A stretch of DNA of 46,933 nucleotides, from positions 1 through 46,933 of the forward strand of contig CAWEDJ010000050.1 of the NCBI GenBank assembly GCA_963807635.1, given 5' to 3'. Position numbers and translations under genes: made by a program. The notes under the pieces are model-generated. The model saw nothing but the letters and a program-made list of their open reading frames with translations, was not told the DNA's origin and did not search any database. How positions within the stretch are numbered: the stretch's first letter is position 1; every line of letters starts with the position of its first letter. Below, piece after piece: positions 9,531-22,845 of the stretch. The stretch comes from an uncultured cyanobacterium (GTDB lineage: Bacteria > Cyanobacteriota > Cyanobacteriia > Cyanobacteriales > Microcystaceae).

Positions 9531-10376
9531 ATGAATGTATCGTTATTAAATCGCTTCCAAGGATGTCTCTATGGCAGTTTCCTTAGTCCCCAAATTCAGG
9601 ATTCTGATGCGATCGCCGTTAGGAATTCTATTTTGATAGAAATTATCAATACTCTTGGTCATTCAGGAAATATTGCTCTAGAAAAATGGCAAAATTTAGC
9701 CCAAACTAACCCTAGAGAGTTTCCTGTTACATTGATTCCCACCGCCCTATTTCGCCATGATTATCTAACGGGTTTTCAAGATGAGTTAGGGATTTTAAGT
9801 GAAAATCAACTCATTAGCCCCGATGATGCCCTGGCTCTTTTGGGTTGGGGTTATATGCTTTCTTTGATTGTTAGAGAAAAGTTTCCATCTAAAAATAAGG
9901 TTGAATTTTGTCTTTCTTCCCTTCAGGCTTTTACCCAGGGAACTGTTTGGGAAGAATCTTTAATCGGGATAAAACGAGCTATTCAGGAAGGGTATTCCCC
10001 CGAAAGAGTTGTTGAAACGTTAGGAGCCTCTGAACTTTTATCTGCGATCGCCCTATCCCTTTATTTTTTTCTGGATACTCCCGAACATTTTGACTTGACG
10101 CTTAAACGAGCCGCCCTGATCAAGCATCCCTTGGTTTTGCCTTTCACGGGCGCATTAGCAGGAGCCTATCACGGTTTTACGGGCATTCCCCTGGCTTGGC
10201 GATTAACTCAACCAGAGCCGATATTTTCAGAGCGTATTCATCAATTTTGGGGTCAATGGTCAGGGGTTTTATCCGAAAAGACTTTACTCCTTGCGATCGC
10301 GATCGCCTCTCCCCTGGTGATCCAAGCTCGCCCTAATGTTCCCCTAATTTCCCAAGGCGAATATGTTGAAGGCTGA
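9531..10376 (+). CDS. ADP-ribosylglycohydrolase-fold protein (degenerate)
   Basis: NRFQGCLYG N-terminus and TGALAGAYHGFTGIPLAW C-terminal motif. Confidence 0.7.
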   Translation: MNVSLLNRFQGCLYGSFLSPQIQDSDAIAVRNSILIEIINTLGHSGNIALEKWQNLAQTNPREFPVTLIPTALFRHDYLTGFQDELGILSENQLISPDDALALLGWGYMLSLIVREKFPSKNKVEFCLSSLQAFTQGTVWEESLIGIKRAIQEGYSPERVVETLGASELLSAIALSLYFFLDTPEHFDLTLKRAALIKHPLVLPFTGALAGAYHGFTGIPLAWRLTQPEPIFSERIHQFWGQWSGVLSEKTLLLAIAIASPLVIQARPNVPLISQGEYVEG

Positions 10377-10705
10377 AAATTTGCCATCAATTTATTTTTC
10401 GGGACAATTCCAGAAAAGACTAGACAAAATCAAGTCTAAGCGGATTTAACCTCTTTTTTACTCGAAAACGATGATCAAGAAGCAAGGAACCATTGGAAAT
10501 TTATGCCAACTATTGCTAGAGTGGTGGGGTGGGTAAGGAGTAAATTGGTTGCAAACAAGAGCCATAGACGTTTAATTAATCAAGCTTTGAAAAATAAGAT
10601 TGAAACAAAGAATCAATTTCATTGGATAATAGGGATTATCGTCTTTTAATCCCCTAAGCCGCCAATGACATCGGTTTTTATAGCAATCCTTACCCATTGT
10701 CCAGC

Positions 10706-13226
10706 ATGAAACCGTTTCAGACTGTCCATCAATCCTTGCAGGGCTGGTGGCGCGATTCAAAGGATCACCAGACAAAAGCTCCTCTCTGGTTGCGTCTTCT
10801 TCCCCCTAAGCCTTCGTTGTTCCCTAAAACCGATAAGTCTGCACCGAACGTTTTGCAGAAAGTTTGCTGTTCTCGCAAAATACGAAAAATCCATTCCCCT
10901 GTCATGTTTGGCATCACAGTGGTTTCTATGACGGGAGTGATCGGTTATCGCTTTTATAATCAACCCCAATTAGCCGTAGGTAATATTTCTCCGATTACCG
11001 TAGTGGCTCCCAAAGATGCAAAATTTGCCGATCAAAAAACGACAGAAGACAGACGAAAGGATGTTCGTGCAGGGATTATTCCCCGTTTAAAGCGAGATGA
11101 TCAATTAACTCAATCCCTGAAACAAAACCGAGGGGTGTTGTTAGATCAAATCAACCAATTAAGAAGGATTGGCTCTCCTTTTCCGTTTATTTCTACCAAT
11201 ATCTTAAGTTTAGCTGACCAACAATATCTCCGCAATTGTCCCGAAGAGCAATGGCAACTCCTCCTCAAAACGCTCCAATCTTCAACCCCTTCCAGGGATC
11301 TCTCGCCCCAACTTCAAAAAATTAGTAAACGTTTAGGATATTTCCTCCAAGAGTCTTCTCAATCCGCCTCAAAAACCGAATCGACTCAAAAATTGGATAC
11401 AGAGTTAAAATCCTTAATTCTCAAGGTAGAAAAAGCCCGCGAACAATATGCCCAGGTCATTAGTCGATTGGCGATCGCTAGAGTGGATCAGATCTCTCCT
11501 GAAACCCTAGTCACGGCTTTGCAATTAAATGACTCTACTTGGAAAGTGACTGAACAAACCATTATCCAGGTATTTGATCGAATTTTGATTCAAGGTCTGG
11601 CTCCAGGGATTTCTCCCGAACTTTTAGCAGAGACCATTCGGTTTCATTTACGCAACGTTTTACCGACAAATGCCGACAATGTTGCCCAGGAGGTACTCTT
11701 GGCCCTTTTAAAAGAGGGGCATAATTTAACCATTGATAAGGAAGAAACTAGGCGATACGCGGAACGAGCGGCCCTTGCCATTGAACCCGTAATGGTTTCC
11801 ATCAAAAAAGGAGGGCCCGATTATTAAAGCTGGTCAACCCATTGAGCAAAGTCAGTTTGTGGTACTAGATGGCTTGGGTTTGAGTCAACGGCAAACCAAC
11901 TGGTCTGGCCTCGCACTTTCGGCGGGATTAGTTTCTGCGGGGGTTTTGATTTTTTGGGGCATTAGTCAACGAGTTCACCGTCCGCTCCGTCGTCGTGATC
12001 ATATTTTGTTGTGTTTATTGAGCATTAGTACCCCCGCCATGTCTCTGCTCCATCCCCGTTATGCCGATTTACCTGCGGTGGGATTATTGGTCAGTAGTTT
12101 CTATGGCCGACTTTAGCGGTTTCCCAGGTGATCCTAGTCGGCGGGCTTTCGACTTTTGCGACGGATAATGTCAATTGGGAATATACTCTGGGGGGCTTGG
12201 CAGAGTGGGATCATGGCGGCTTTGATTGCAGGAAGATTGCGATCGCGGGATGATTTGGCTCTGTTGGGAGCGGGCGTAGGGATTTTGCAAGGTGGGGTTT
12301 ACTTGGTTAGTTATCTCATTCTCAGTACAACAGCAACTTCTGTTTGGTATGCGGTTTTACCTGGAGCCGCAATTTATGGACTTTTGGGCATGGGCTGGAG
12401 TATTGTTGCGATCGGGATTTCTCCCTATTTAGAACGATTTTTTGATGTTGTCACCCCCATCCGACTGGTGGAACTCGCAAATCCCAATTGTCCCCTCCTC
12501 AAACGATTGGCGATGGAAGCCCCTGGAACCTTTCAACATACTTTATTTGTCGCTTGTCTGGCGGAATCGGCGGCACGGGAATTGCGCTGTAATGTGGAGT
12601 TAGTCCGAACAGGAACGCTTTACCATGACATTGGAAAAATGCACGATCCCTTGGGTTTCATCGAAAATCAGATGGGCGGCCCCAATAAGCATGACCTCAT
12701 TCAAGATCCCTACGTCAGTGTGGACATTATTAAAAAACACGTTTCCGAAGGGTTAGAAATGGCCCGTCGCTACGGATTACCCCAGGTTGTGCGTGATTTT
12801 ATTCCTGAGCATCAAGGATCGCTTTTGATTTCCTATTTTTATTATCAAGCCAAGGAAGCGGCTGAAAAATCGGGACAGGAATTCGTGGATGAAGTCAGGT
12901 TTCGCTATGACGGCCCCATTCCTCAATCCAGGGAGACGGGAATTGTCATGTTAGCCGATAGTTCAGAAGCCGCCTTGCGATCGCTGAAAGATGCCACTCC
13001 TGAGACCGCAAGCGTCATGATTAACCGTATTTTCAAAGCCCGTTGGCGGGATGAACAACTCAAGGATAGTGGACTGAAATACGAGGAGTTACCGATTATT
13101 GCCGATGTTTTTGTACGAGTTTGGCAACAGTTCCATCATCAACGCATTGTTTATCCCAAGGCCGCCTTGGAATCTCCCGAACCTGTTGAGTTAGTGAATC
13201 AATCCCATAAAGTCAGCGCGGAATAA
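10706..13226 (+). CDS. 7TM-HD (HDIG) phosphohydrolase, PgpH-like putative c-di-AMP phosphodiesterase; three apparent indels (~11815, ~12107, ~12203)
   Basis: N-terminal TM and extracellular domain, multi-TM segment, then EAPGTFQH, YHDIGK, FIENQ, HQG, FRYDGPIPQSRE and MLADS.EAA. Confidence 0.88.
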
Positions 13227-13277
13227 GTTCAAAGCCTGATCGCATCAGAGGCATGGTTTTTTACAAGCATTGCCAAC

Positions 13278-14026
13278 CTAAATCAAGCCTTCTAACTCCA
13301 AATCTTCAATTGTTTGTAGTCCACGAGGATCACCCACTCGCAATAAAGCGGATTTCGCATCTTCTTTCACCCCATAGTCTTCATCTTCTACTAATGCTTC
13401 CAATAGGGCATCGATCGCGGTGGCATAGACCACATTAGACGGTAATTCCCGACAGAGTTGACCGATCGCCCAGGCGCAATTACTCCGCACAGCCCCCATG
13501 CTATCCCGTCTGAGACCTTCAATCAACGGGGGGAGGGTGGCAAGCACATCTTCATATCCTAAACTTGCGATTTGGGCCAAACTACTCGCTGACCAAAGAC
13601 GTACCGCCAGAAATATCCGTTCTCAAGGCATGGATCAGGGGATACAAGGCACGGCGATCGCGACAATTGCCCAGGCCAGGCCACACCTTTACGGACGTAG
13701 CCATTCCAATCATTTTCCAAAAGATGAATCAGAGGAGCAACCGCATCAAGATGGGTATTGCGTCCCAAAGCATAGGCCGCACTGACTCGAACCAGGGGAC
13801 AAACATCCGCTAATAACTGGATTAAATGGGGAATTGCCCGCTCTTCCTGAAGTTCACAAAAGGCTCTCGCGGCCAGCATCCTCTGTGACGCATCAGTCGA
13901 GACAAGAAGCGTCAACATCATTTCGGGATCAGGGGGGGGAGTTTCCGCTAGTCCATCGGCATCTAATTGGTCTAGGGGGTCTTCTAATTGATCCTCAAGT
14001 ATGCTCAGTTCATGGTTTTTGTGCAT
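13278..14026 (-). CDS. HEAT-repeat (PBS lyase/NblB-like) protein; apparent indels at ~13675 and ~13608
   Basis: LVRVSAAYALG, YVRKGV.W.LG, AVRSNCAWAIG and VKEDAKSALL. The middle frame reads GNCRDRRALYPLIHALRTDIS. Confidence 0.85.
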
Positions 14027-14171
14027 ATTGGATAAATTATCGCATTAGGGGGAACCTCTAGGAAACTGGATGTTATTTTTTTTAAGCAGTTAGCACTCAG
14101 AGTCCCCCATCTTCAGGGCGTTAATCCCGATTTAATCTTTTGTTTATGATAGATTTTGCGCGGAGAATCAA

Positions 14172-15512
14172 CTAAATTGACCAAGCTTTCATTTTTCCTG
14201 GATTCATTAAACCGTAGGGATCAACTTGTTTTTTAAAGGCTAATTGCTCAGGATTAATCTGACCCGATCCACCTTCTTCGATGGTATAAACATGGGGATT
14301 GGCAATGCCCGTTCCTTGGTTTCGGTGGTAGGCAATAATTTCATTTAAGCGTTCTTCGGTGGTAAAACGAACCAGGGGCAAGCCCGCAGGAATAACTTTA
14401 CCATTGACTCGGATAAATTCTAAGTGAATTATTACCTCATCCCCAAAATATTGATGGAGTTTTTCAACGGTTTCCACTGTCCAATAAAAAACTTGTAAAT
14501 AGGTCAAACTGGGATCAATACTGCGAGCCAATAAAGTTGTATGGTTCCAGTTAAACTCTAAGAGATTATAACTTTTAGTAGCCTCTTCGGTATTTTTGAG
14601 ATAGGTAATCTCTCCCGAATATTCTTGAATTAAAGCTTTAACTGCTTCTAGATCGTATTCAGAAACCATTAATAATGCACAGGCTTTTTGGGGTGAAAGA
14701 TAATCTTTTAAAGCCGTAAAATATTGGGACATGGGAGCGGCATGAACAGCGACTTGTTTTTTGACAATACCACTACTCTCGCTTAGTGCTTGACCAAAAT
14801 TTACCGATTGACTGAAATGATCAAAGGTGACGATTAATTCTGCCCAGGGATAGACGGGAGCCAGGGGAATTTCGAGTTGGGTAATAATACCGTTAGTTCC
14901 GTAGGCATGAATTACCGCTTGGGTGTCATCGCCCCGTAATTCAATAATTTGGGGAGTATCCTCTAGGGTGACAATGCGTCAGGCCCTGCACATTGCCGCG
15001 ATCGCTGATTAAGCCGTAATTAACTGATCCCATGCCCACACTACCCCCACCGATAAAGCCGCCCATCGTTGCCGTGCGGTAGGTAGAAGGAGCCATCCGT
15101 AGTTCCCAACCCATTGGTTGACTTTTTTTATCAATATTAGCCATTTTGACCCCAGATTCGACCCTAGCGACCCCTGTTTCAGGTCAAGAATTTGATTAAG
15201 CTGGCTCAAATCCAAGATAATGCCACCGTCGAGGGGGATACATTGGCCATAGTTCCCTGTTCCTGCGCCTCTAACGGTCAGAGGAATACGATAGTTAACA
15301 CAGGTTTGGGCAACTATTATTACCTCTGCTTCTGTTTTTGGGCGAACAACGAGATTTCCCCGTTTTTCTCGGAGTTGGCGGTCTAAAACGGGACTAAAAT
15401 GAAAATAATCTAAGGAAAGTTTGTCCAGTTGACCGCGATCGCTAATAACGGTTAGATTCTGGTCGATTAGTGCTTGCTGAATTTCTGGCCAGGAAAAAAG
15501 TGGAGATGTCAT
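14172..15512 (-). CDS. FAD-binding oxidoreductase (GlcD/FAD_binding_4 type); two apparent indels (~15175, ~14980)
   Basis: RGAGTGNYGQC, ATMGGFIGGG, HAYGTNGII (third frame) and C-terminal DPYGLMNPGK. Confidence 0.88.
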
Positions 15513-15535
15513 AGATTTTGATATTTTTTCAGTAA

Positions 15536-15638
15536 TAAATTATCGCACATTTAGATTGAATGGTAACTTTTCATTAAACTTTGATAACAAGGGGCTTAAG
15601 CCCCTTGCCTCTGTGCATTTTTGATAATTAACAGCTTA
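15536..15638 (-). mobile_element. ~103-bp MITE-like element with central 20-bp perfect palindrome (copy A)
   Basis: Reverse complement is collinear with 24494-24595; contains CAAGGGGCTTAAGCCCCTTG and ends ACAGCTTA. Confidence 0.7.
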
Positions 15639-15649
15639 CTTAAGCATAC

Positions 15650-18600
15650 TTAAAATTGTCTTTCATAGCGGACTTTGACTTCATTAAAACTGTAATCATA
15701 GGATAACCGAACATAGGTACTTTTATCAACTTCGTAAATCGCTTCTAGGAAAGGAACAATTCTAATATCCGTTGTTCCCACCACATTACTAATGGAAGTT
15801 TCTACATCATAAACCAAACCTTGAAAAATCATCGGAATTGCTAATTGGGTAATGCCAAACTGGAGTAATTGACTGGTATTTTTTCCCTGTACTGCATCGG
15901 CTACGACCAGAAGTTGTTCCCCCAATAATCTAACAATTTCCCCTTGGCTCCGAGGAGGATTACTGGTTAATCGAATGACTGGATTAGATAATAATTGAGC
16001 ATCTGTTGCCTCTTGGGAAGCAAGAATTCGTAAACAATCTGTCAACCGTTTTAATCTTCTTTCAGATAGATTTGCTGATTTTTTGATTGGTCTAAATCGA
16101 TTCCTCATTCCACAAATATCAGCATTCTTTTCATTCAAATTAGGTAATAATTGATTTAAAGAACCTTTGAGTCCTAAATTAATATCAATCCGTGCTACTT
16201 GATTGAGGGTATCATCGGGGATCTCGCTACTTTCAGCAGAACGAATACGACTGGTCTGGGGAAGCTCTGAAACAATCGTCCGCATTTTTATGTCTAAACT
16301 GGGATTAAACAGGCCCTGATTCGGTTTAAAAACAATCGCATTTTTATAGCGTCTTTCTAATAAAAAACGAGTGTCAAGAAAACTGATTCTTCCTCGATTT
16401 AAGATAATCGAACCCTGGGATTGAATCCTACTCAAATTATCTAAGGAACCATTTAAGGCTAACTGACCTCCAAAGGAGAAATCGTAGAGGGGGGTTTGCT
16501 CTATAAATAAATTTTCTAAGGTAATTTGAAGATCTTCTAAGCGGGAAAAATCAGGGATTTTGTTTGACGCGGCTTAGACCAGGGATTTGTAAATGTTGTG
16601 GGTTCGGTCGCGACTTCTTCAGGTAAAAATATTTGACCATTCGCTAATTTAATCGCTCCACTCAACACAGGTGAAAAAGCGGTTCCCTTAACCCGAATAT
16701 TTCCTTCAAAATTACCTTTATATAGACGATTAATATCTAATACGGTCTTATTAATCACTAGGTTTAGGGGATTTTCAAGGGCATTTTGTGGTCGGAAAAT
16801 AGGTAAATCCCCTGCGACGAGTAACTGACCTTGGGCAAAGTTTCCAACTAACTGTTCTACTCGAATGAGTTCGTTATTTAGGGTAATTTTTCCCGTTAAA
16901 GTCACGGGACTGGGCAGGACAGGACTTTTGATCACACCATTGTTGAAATTGACCGTGCCTTGGGCTTGAAAGTCATAAAGACGAACTTGATTGGTTAGGT
17001 CTAATTTACCGATCGCGGAGAGATTAACTTCCCCATCCCCACTGATCCAGGTGAGTTGGTCTTGCGTCAATTCATCCAGTAATTCTAGGGCTGAGTTTTG
17101 TAATTTAACTTTGACTTCAAATTGATCAAACTTATCAAATTTATCTCCTTCATCAGTGGATTTTCTCCGAGTTGGATCAATGGGATAGGGAACACTGGCA
17201 TAGAAAAATAGCGGAGAATCTTGGTCTGTGATAATCTGAAATCTTGCATCGGTATAGTTAAAATTACCCGCGATCGTTCGATCTAAAGACCGAGCATTAA
17301 TTGCTCCATTAACAAAAGAAAATTCCCCTCGTAGTTCGGGTTTATCAAAGGTTCCTGTGATACTCCCCTGAGCATTGAGATCTCCTGCAAATTCCCCTGG
17401 TAAACGGACAAAATTACTAATAGTATCTAGAGATAAATTTTCGATTTGCCAAATTGCCGAAGTCTTTTCAGGAGAGAAGTTTCCTTCTGCGGAAAAAAGA
17501 GAATTTTTAATCTGGATAAAGGAAGGTTTAATGGTTAAAATTCCATTGGCTAACTGGGCTTGTAAATCAACTTGATGAATGGGAACAAATCGAGTATCTG
17601 TCATTACCAAACCCAAGGGAGGAACAATATCCGCAAAGGCTCTTTGGGGATACCAACTCCAATTTTTTCCTTGAAAGTTTAGATTAACCGTTGGATTATT
17701 GAGAGTTCCTGCCAGAGTTATTTCCGTATCAAATAAACCATCAATCTTTAATTCGTTAGGAATACCTCCTGCTTGATATTGCAGAGCTAATTCCCGAACC
17801 TTTTTATCAATTTGGTACAAAAGATTCACTTGATCCGCCAGATCATTACCCTCATTTCCGACAACAATGGGGCCTATTTGTTTGGCGATCGCCGTCGGTT
17901 GGGGTCTAAGTTGCAACACTCTGAGTAAAGAATCCACATCAAAAATTCTCAGACCTACTAATAATTCATAAACCCTGCCCTTTTCAACATTGAGACGGGC
18001 TTGAACTTCTTGGGTTTTAAGATTTAAACCCGCACTGAGGCGATACAAACCATTATTTAATTGAAGGACGGTATTATTAAGCTGTAAAAAATTATTTTGG
18101 TAACTAATCTCTGTTTTTAAAGATTCAGCAACCAGGGTTCCTACTCCCAAATTCTCTATCTGAAGGGTTCCTTTTCCTGTTAAATTTTTAACATTAATAT
18201 TTAATTGAGCATTGATTTCTCCTTTTAAATTTCCTGGAATATTATAGAGTTTGCCAGGGGTGAAATTCAGGATCGCTAGGGGAAATTGACGAATATTCAG
18301 CGCAAAGCGATCGCCTTGCCGTTGACCTTCTGCCATGATCGGCGTTGAAGTTTGGTAGGTTTGACGGAAGCTAAAGGAAGCGGGAATATAGGGAAAAATG
18401 CAATTAATACAGGGTTCTAGGGCAACTGTAATAATATCCTCTTTTCCTCTTAAGTTAAAAGCTAATTTTTCCCCTTGACTAAAATTGACAGTTCCCGTTA
18501 ATCGGGGTTCAAATTGCTGGTCATTGAGGACTAAATTATTCACTTGAAGATTGCCCAACAGATTCACATCCCGAATGCTTTTGACCTGAATTCCGTTTAA

Positions 18601-21579
18601 ATTCCCCTTAAATTTAGCAATTCCACTTAATTCAACCGCCGATGGTCGAACTTGTTCGTTGATATTCACTAAAGATTTCTGGATCACTTGATTAATCAAC
18701 GGATCATTCAGGTTCGCCTCGGCTTGGAGAGCTAAATTCACCTGCGCGAGCTTTGGTTGACGCAAAACATCCGTTAATAAAAGCGTTCCCTGGGCTTGTA
18801 ACTGTTTTTTACCCGATCGCACGGAAACGGATTCGGCTTGAATAGGTAAGTTCCCATTGGGTTCTAAAAGATTTTTAATACTTCCCGATAATTTTAATTT
18901 CGCGGCGAGGCTAGAGGTAATTAAGCGGCTCATTTCTGGGGATAATCCAGGTAATGCGGCAATTTTATCAACACTAGCAACTTGAATCAGGCTTTTCCAT
19001 TGATTATTGATTAAATTTGTTTTGGTATTAACTTCTATTCGATCAACGGTTCCCCGAATATCCGCGATCGCCTGAATACTGGCTAAATTCGGTTTGGCGG
19101 CCAAAACACTTTCCAAATCAGCAATGACATTCACCCGTCCTTGGGTAATTTGGGCAGGAACTGTTAATTGGGGTAAAACTTTTTTGAGTGAGATTCTTCC
19201 GACATTCGCGATCGCGGTTAATTGTCCCTGGGCGATTTCACTGCGAAGATTAAGCGGACTTCCTGCAACGGCTAATTGGAGATTGGCATTGCCTGTGAGG
19301 GTTTTTAGTTTTAAATTAGCATAATCTGTGATATTTCCCGCTAAATTGATTTTTCCTCGGACTAATCGACTAGGAACGGGCAGATTTGGCACTAAACTAT
19401 TGAGATTTAACGCCCCCAAATTGGTCGCCGTTTTCAGAAAACCCTGATTGAGACTCGCTTTCGTACTCACAGGATTATTGGCAACCTGTAACTGAGCATC
19501 GGCGATCGCCTGAAATCCCTTGAGATTAATGCTCGAACCCGCCAACAAATTTTTTAGCGATCCTGTCAGATTTATCTGGGTTTTCTGCACGGTCACAGGA
19601 ACCGTCAGTTGGGCGACATAGGGATTAAGCGGTAAATTTCTCGCTAATATATCGGCTTGAATATTTCCCTGATTTAAGTTTCCCTTGAGCGCAACGGTTT
19701 CTGTTTTTCCTTGAATCGCAATATTCCCCCCTCCTTGCCATCTTTCGGGTTCAAAGCGATCAAATTGTCCCCTTAAATTCAAATTCGCATTGGTGACGAT
19801 TAAGGGTCGCGTTTTAAAAGCCGTAGGACAATTTTGAATAATTTGTTGCTCACAAAATGAACGAATAAAAGGCGTTAAAATGAACTGATTGGCTTTAATA
19901 TTGCCCTGCCATTGATTGCGTCCAAAATTACCATTGGCATCAACCAGAAGTTTTCCTTCATTAGTTTTTAAAGTGGTATTACGAAGGAGAATATCTTGAT
20001 TAAAAGTAACAATTTCTCCCTTTCCTGAAACGGCAATTTGAGCCACAGAAGCGGGCTTTTCCGTATTCCATTTTATTTCAGTTATCGCTTTTCCTAATGT
20101 GCCACTAATTTTTCCCGTTGCCGCGATCGCCGACAAACTAACATTTTGCGGAAGGAGATAGTAGGGAGTAATTAATTTTTCGGTGGGTAATTTTGCCTGA
20201 AAACCAAAGGAGAGAGGCATTTTTTGCCATTCGATGGGCTTCTGGTTCTTGATAAATTTTAGGAGATTGATCCCAACCGTCCCAACGGCCCTCACCTCAC
20301 CCCCTTTACTGGGTTTAATACTAATTTTTTGAAAAATAATTTGATCTAAGCTGGCACGAATATCGGTGTTAAAAGCTTGAATATTAATTTTATCAACAGC
20401 AAGAGTATTGCTATTTTTAATCGTTCCTGCAACGAGGGGATTATTTAATAAACCACTAACTTTAAATGTTCCTTGAATATTACCTTTTGGAGTTAAACTC
20501 GTTTTAATGGCAAAGGTATTAAATAAATCTTTAATGCTGATATTATTGGTGATAATTCCTAGATTATAACCATTTTTCCAATCAATCAATCCCGTCAACT
20601 CTGTTGATAATTTACCCAGTTGGATTTGTCCCTGTTGAATCACTACTTTTTGCCCTTCTAAGGCGATCGCGAAATTAACCTGAAGGGGATCTTTAAAGGC
20701 ATCCACTTTTGCTTGTAAATTATTTAAGTTGAGATTACCCAAGGTCTGCATTTGATCCAGCTTTTGGAACGAAGGCAGATCAACTTTAACGATGCCATTG
20801 CCGATTCCTTGATTGACAGTGGCGGGAAAATTGGGAATCAGAGCGATAATTTCGGGCAAACTTAGTTTTTTAAGAGATAAAGCGACCTTACTTTCTCCTG
20901 TTTCAATGATGCTATGACCCTTGGCTGTCATCTGGGACTGATTGAACGCGATCGCGACATCATATTCAATCCGTTGTTGTTGGGTTTGACGACGATTTTG
21001 ATAACCCACTGTCCCGTTGATGTGTAGGGGAACCGCTTGTTTTAGGGCGTAGGGGTGGAGAATAACCTTGGCATTTTTCAGGGTGATATTGGCTTCAATA
21101 TCGACGGGTAAATTAAACTTCTCTCCGCCTTCGGGCAAATCTAACTTAATCCATTTTCCCTGTCTGTCCTGTTTGAGAGACAGAATCGGGTCGATCAATT
21201 CCGCATTAAAGGCGATCGGTTTACCCACTAAAAATCCCAAAGGATTAAAAGTCACATTCATCGACGGAATCGACAACGTACTCGGATCAGTCCCCGTTGC
21301 AGGAATAGTGGATGGCCCCACACGGACTTGATTGAGATTAACCTGTTCAACTTTGCCGATTTTGACGGGTCGCTTGAGTAGTTTCGTTAATTCTGATTCC
21401 ACTAGGGGCGGTATTTTCTCAGAAGCAAAGCGTTGGACTCCCACCACTCCCGCGATCGCCACCACCGCCGTAATCCCACCAAAAATCAAAGTAAAAGGCC
21501 GAGTCAACCAACGTACCGTGACTGAATGACCTGAAGGTTCCCGTCTTTCGGGAGGCGGATTGGGGGGGGAGTTGGTCAT
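15650..21579 (-). CDS. TamB/AsmA-like (DUF490) translocation and assembly module protein; one apparent 1-bp deletion in a C-run at ~16543
   Basis: N-terminal TM anchor, long beta-rich repeats, GTAFSPVLSGAIKL and L.SNPPRSQGEIV.LLG. Adding one C joins the ORFs as IFPRLEDLQITLE. Confidence 0.88.
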
Positions 21580-21831
21580 AGGAAAAAACGCTGTTTCAAT
21601 AACTGAGAAATTAGACCCTACCAAGCGGGGTTAAGTTTCTAACGTCTGCTTGAATCGCTTGTACCAATTATAAATGAATCATTTTTCACCATCTTTTCAG
21701 AAAATATGTGACAATCACTAACCGAAGAGATTGATCGACACTCCAACAGAGGCTGGAGTTCACTCCATTGGCCTATTAGTCTATCCAAATAATTGTTGGA
21801 CTTTCCAGTTATTCCCATAATCTCCCCTCTC

Positions 21832-22297
21832 ATGAAACAATTTTTCCTACTTATTTACGGTTTATCCTTCATTTTTAGCTTAAATTTACTGCCTAGCCTC
21901 GCTCAAAACAACAAGAGTCCCGTTCTTTATCGGTGCAAGGGAGGCAAAACTTTTCAGGCGGAATTTATGGGCAACACCGTTAATCTCCAACTAAAACAGG
22001 GTCAAATCCTGAAGTTAACTTCTGTCGCAACAGGCTCTAGTGTTAAATATACCAATGGTAAGGTTACACTCTATACCAAAGGAGAAGATGCTTTTATCGA
22101 AGCCAACAAAAAAACAACCCATAACGGTTGTACTAGCAGTATCCGTAAAAATCAGGATGCTCTTGAAGTCTATTATAATTGTGATTCCCAAATCGCGCCC
22201 TTTTCCGCGCAAAGAAGATCTCAGCTTGAACGAAGCAGAAAAGCTATTAACCCAAAGAGATGGGGATTTATTTATTTATCACTGCTTTCCCCGTTAA
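21832..22297 (+). CDS. exported MliC/PliC-domain protein (probable 1-bp indel near 22185)
   Basis: Signal peptide MKQFFLL..SLAQ, then YRCKGGKTF...TGSSVKYTNG..LYTKGEDAF...C. The alternative frame gives a plausible end YHCFPR* at 22297; the ORF-track end is 22329. Confidence 0.7.
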
Positions 22298-22305
22298 AAA
22301 ACGTA

Positions 22306-22428
22306 GGCGTTGCTGATGAGAGTGGATGAATCAGGAACAATAAGAGAGTCAAGATTTAAAAACATGAAGAATTTATGCTTTTAAATGACTGAGTTAATTG
22401 CGATTCACCCTGTCCGTTAAGCAACGCC
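22306..22428. mobile_element. 123-bp MITE-like element
   Basis: Terminal inverted repeats GGCGTTGCT/AGCAACGCC, extendable imperfectly to 27 bp (both arms end TGAATC). Confidence 0.65.
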
Positions 22429-22470
22429 CAGGGAAAACAAGTTCGTTAAATCCAAAAAAATTAACGAGAC

Positions 22471-22845
22471 TTAGGCTTCGGCGGCCTGAGCCGATTTTTT
22501 GTTCTTACCCAGTTTTAGTTTTTGTAAAATACGGCACATTGTAGGAACACTGACCCTGATGCCTGTTTTCGCTTCGATTTGCTTGCACAGAACAACAAGA
22601 GTAATGTTGTTATTTTCTGCGATCATGCTCTCGACTAGAACATAATGTTCTTCGGTCAACTTTGCGGAAGCACCACCACTGTGGGGTTTGGGTTCAATTC
22701 CCCCCGTTTCCTGATGGCGTTTCAGTAATTTGCGGACGAAGCTGTCGCTCACCCCAAATTTTTCCGCGATCTCTCTGATACTGGTCTGGTTTTTTAAGTG
22801 CGCGTCTAGCACTTTTTGCCGTAAGTCAATGGAATAAGGTTTCAT
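22471..22845 (-). CDS. IS630-family transposase N-terminal HTH domain only (no DDE domain)
   Basis: MKPYSIDLRQKV, SIREIAEKFGVS.SFV.KLLKR..ETG.I.PKPH.GG and VSVPTMCRILQKL; no catalytic ORF follows. Confidence 0.85.
   Translation of the reverse strand: MKPYSIDLRQKVLDAHLKNQTSIREIAEKFGVSDSFVRKLLKRHQETGGIEPKPHSGGASAKLTEEHYVLVESMIAENNNITLVVLCKQIEAKTGIRVSVPTMCRILQKLKLGKNKKSAQAAEA

Noticed and set aside
14090..14098. TTAGCACTC, the left arm of a CIRCE operator
   Set aside because: The right arm GAGTGCTAA is absent at the 9-bp spacing.
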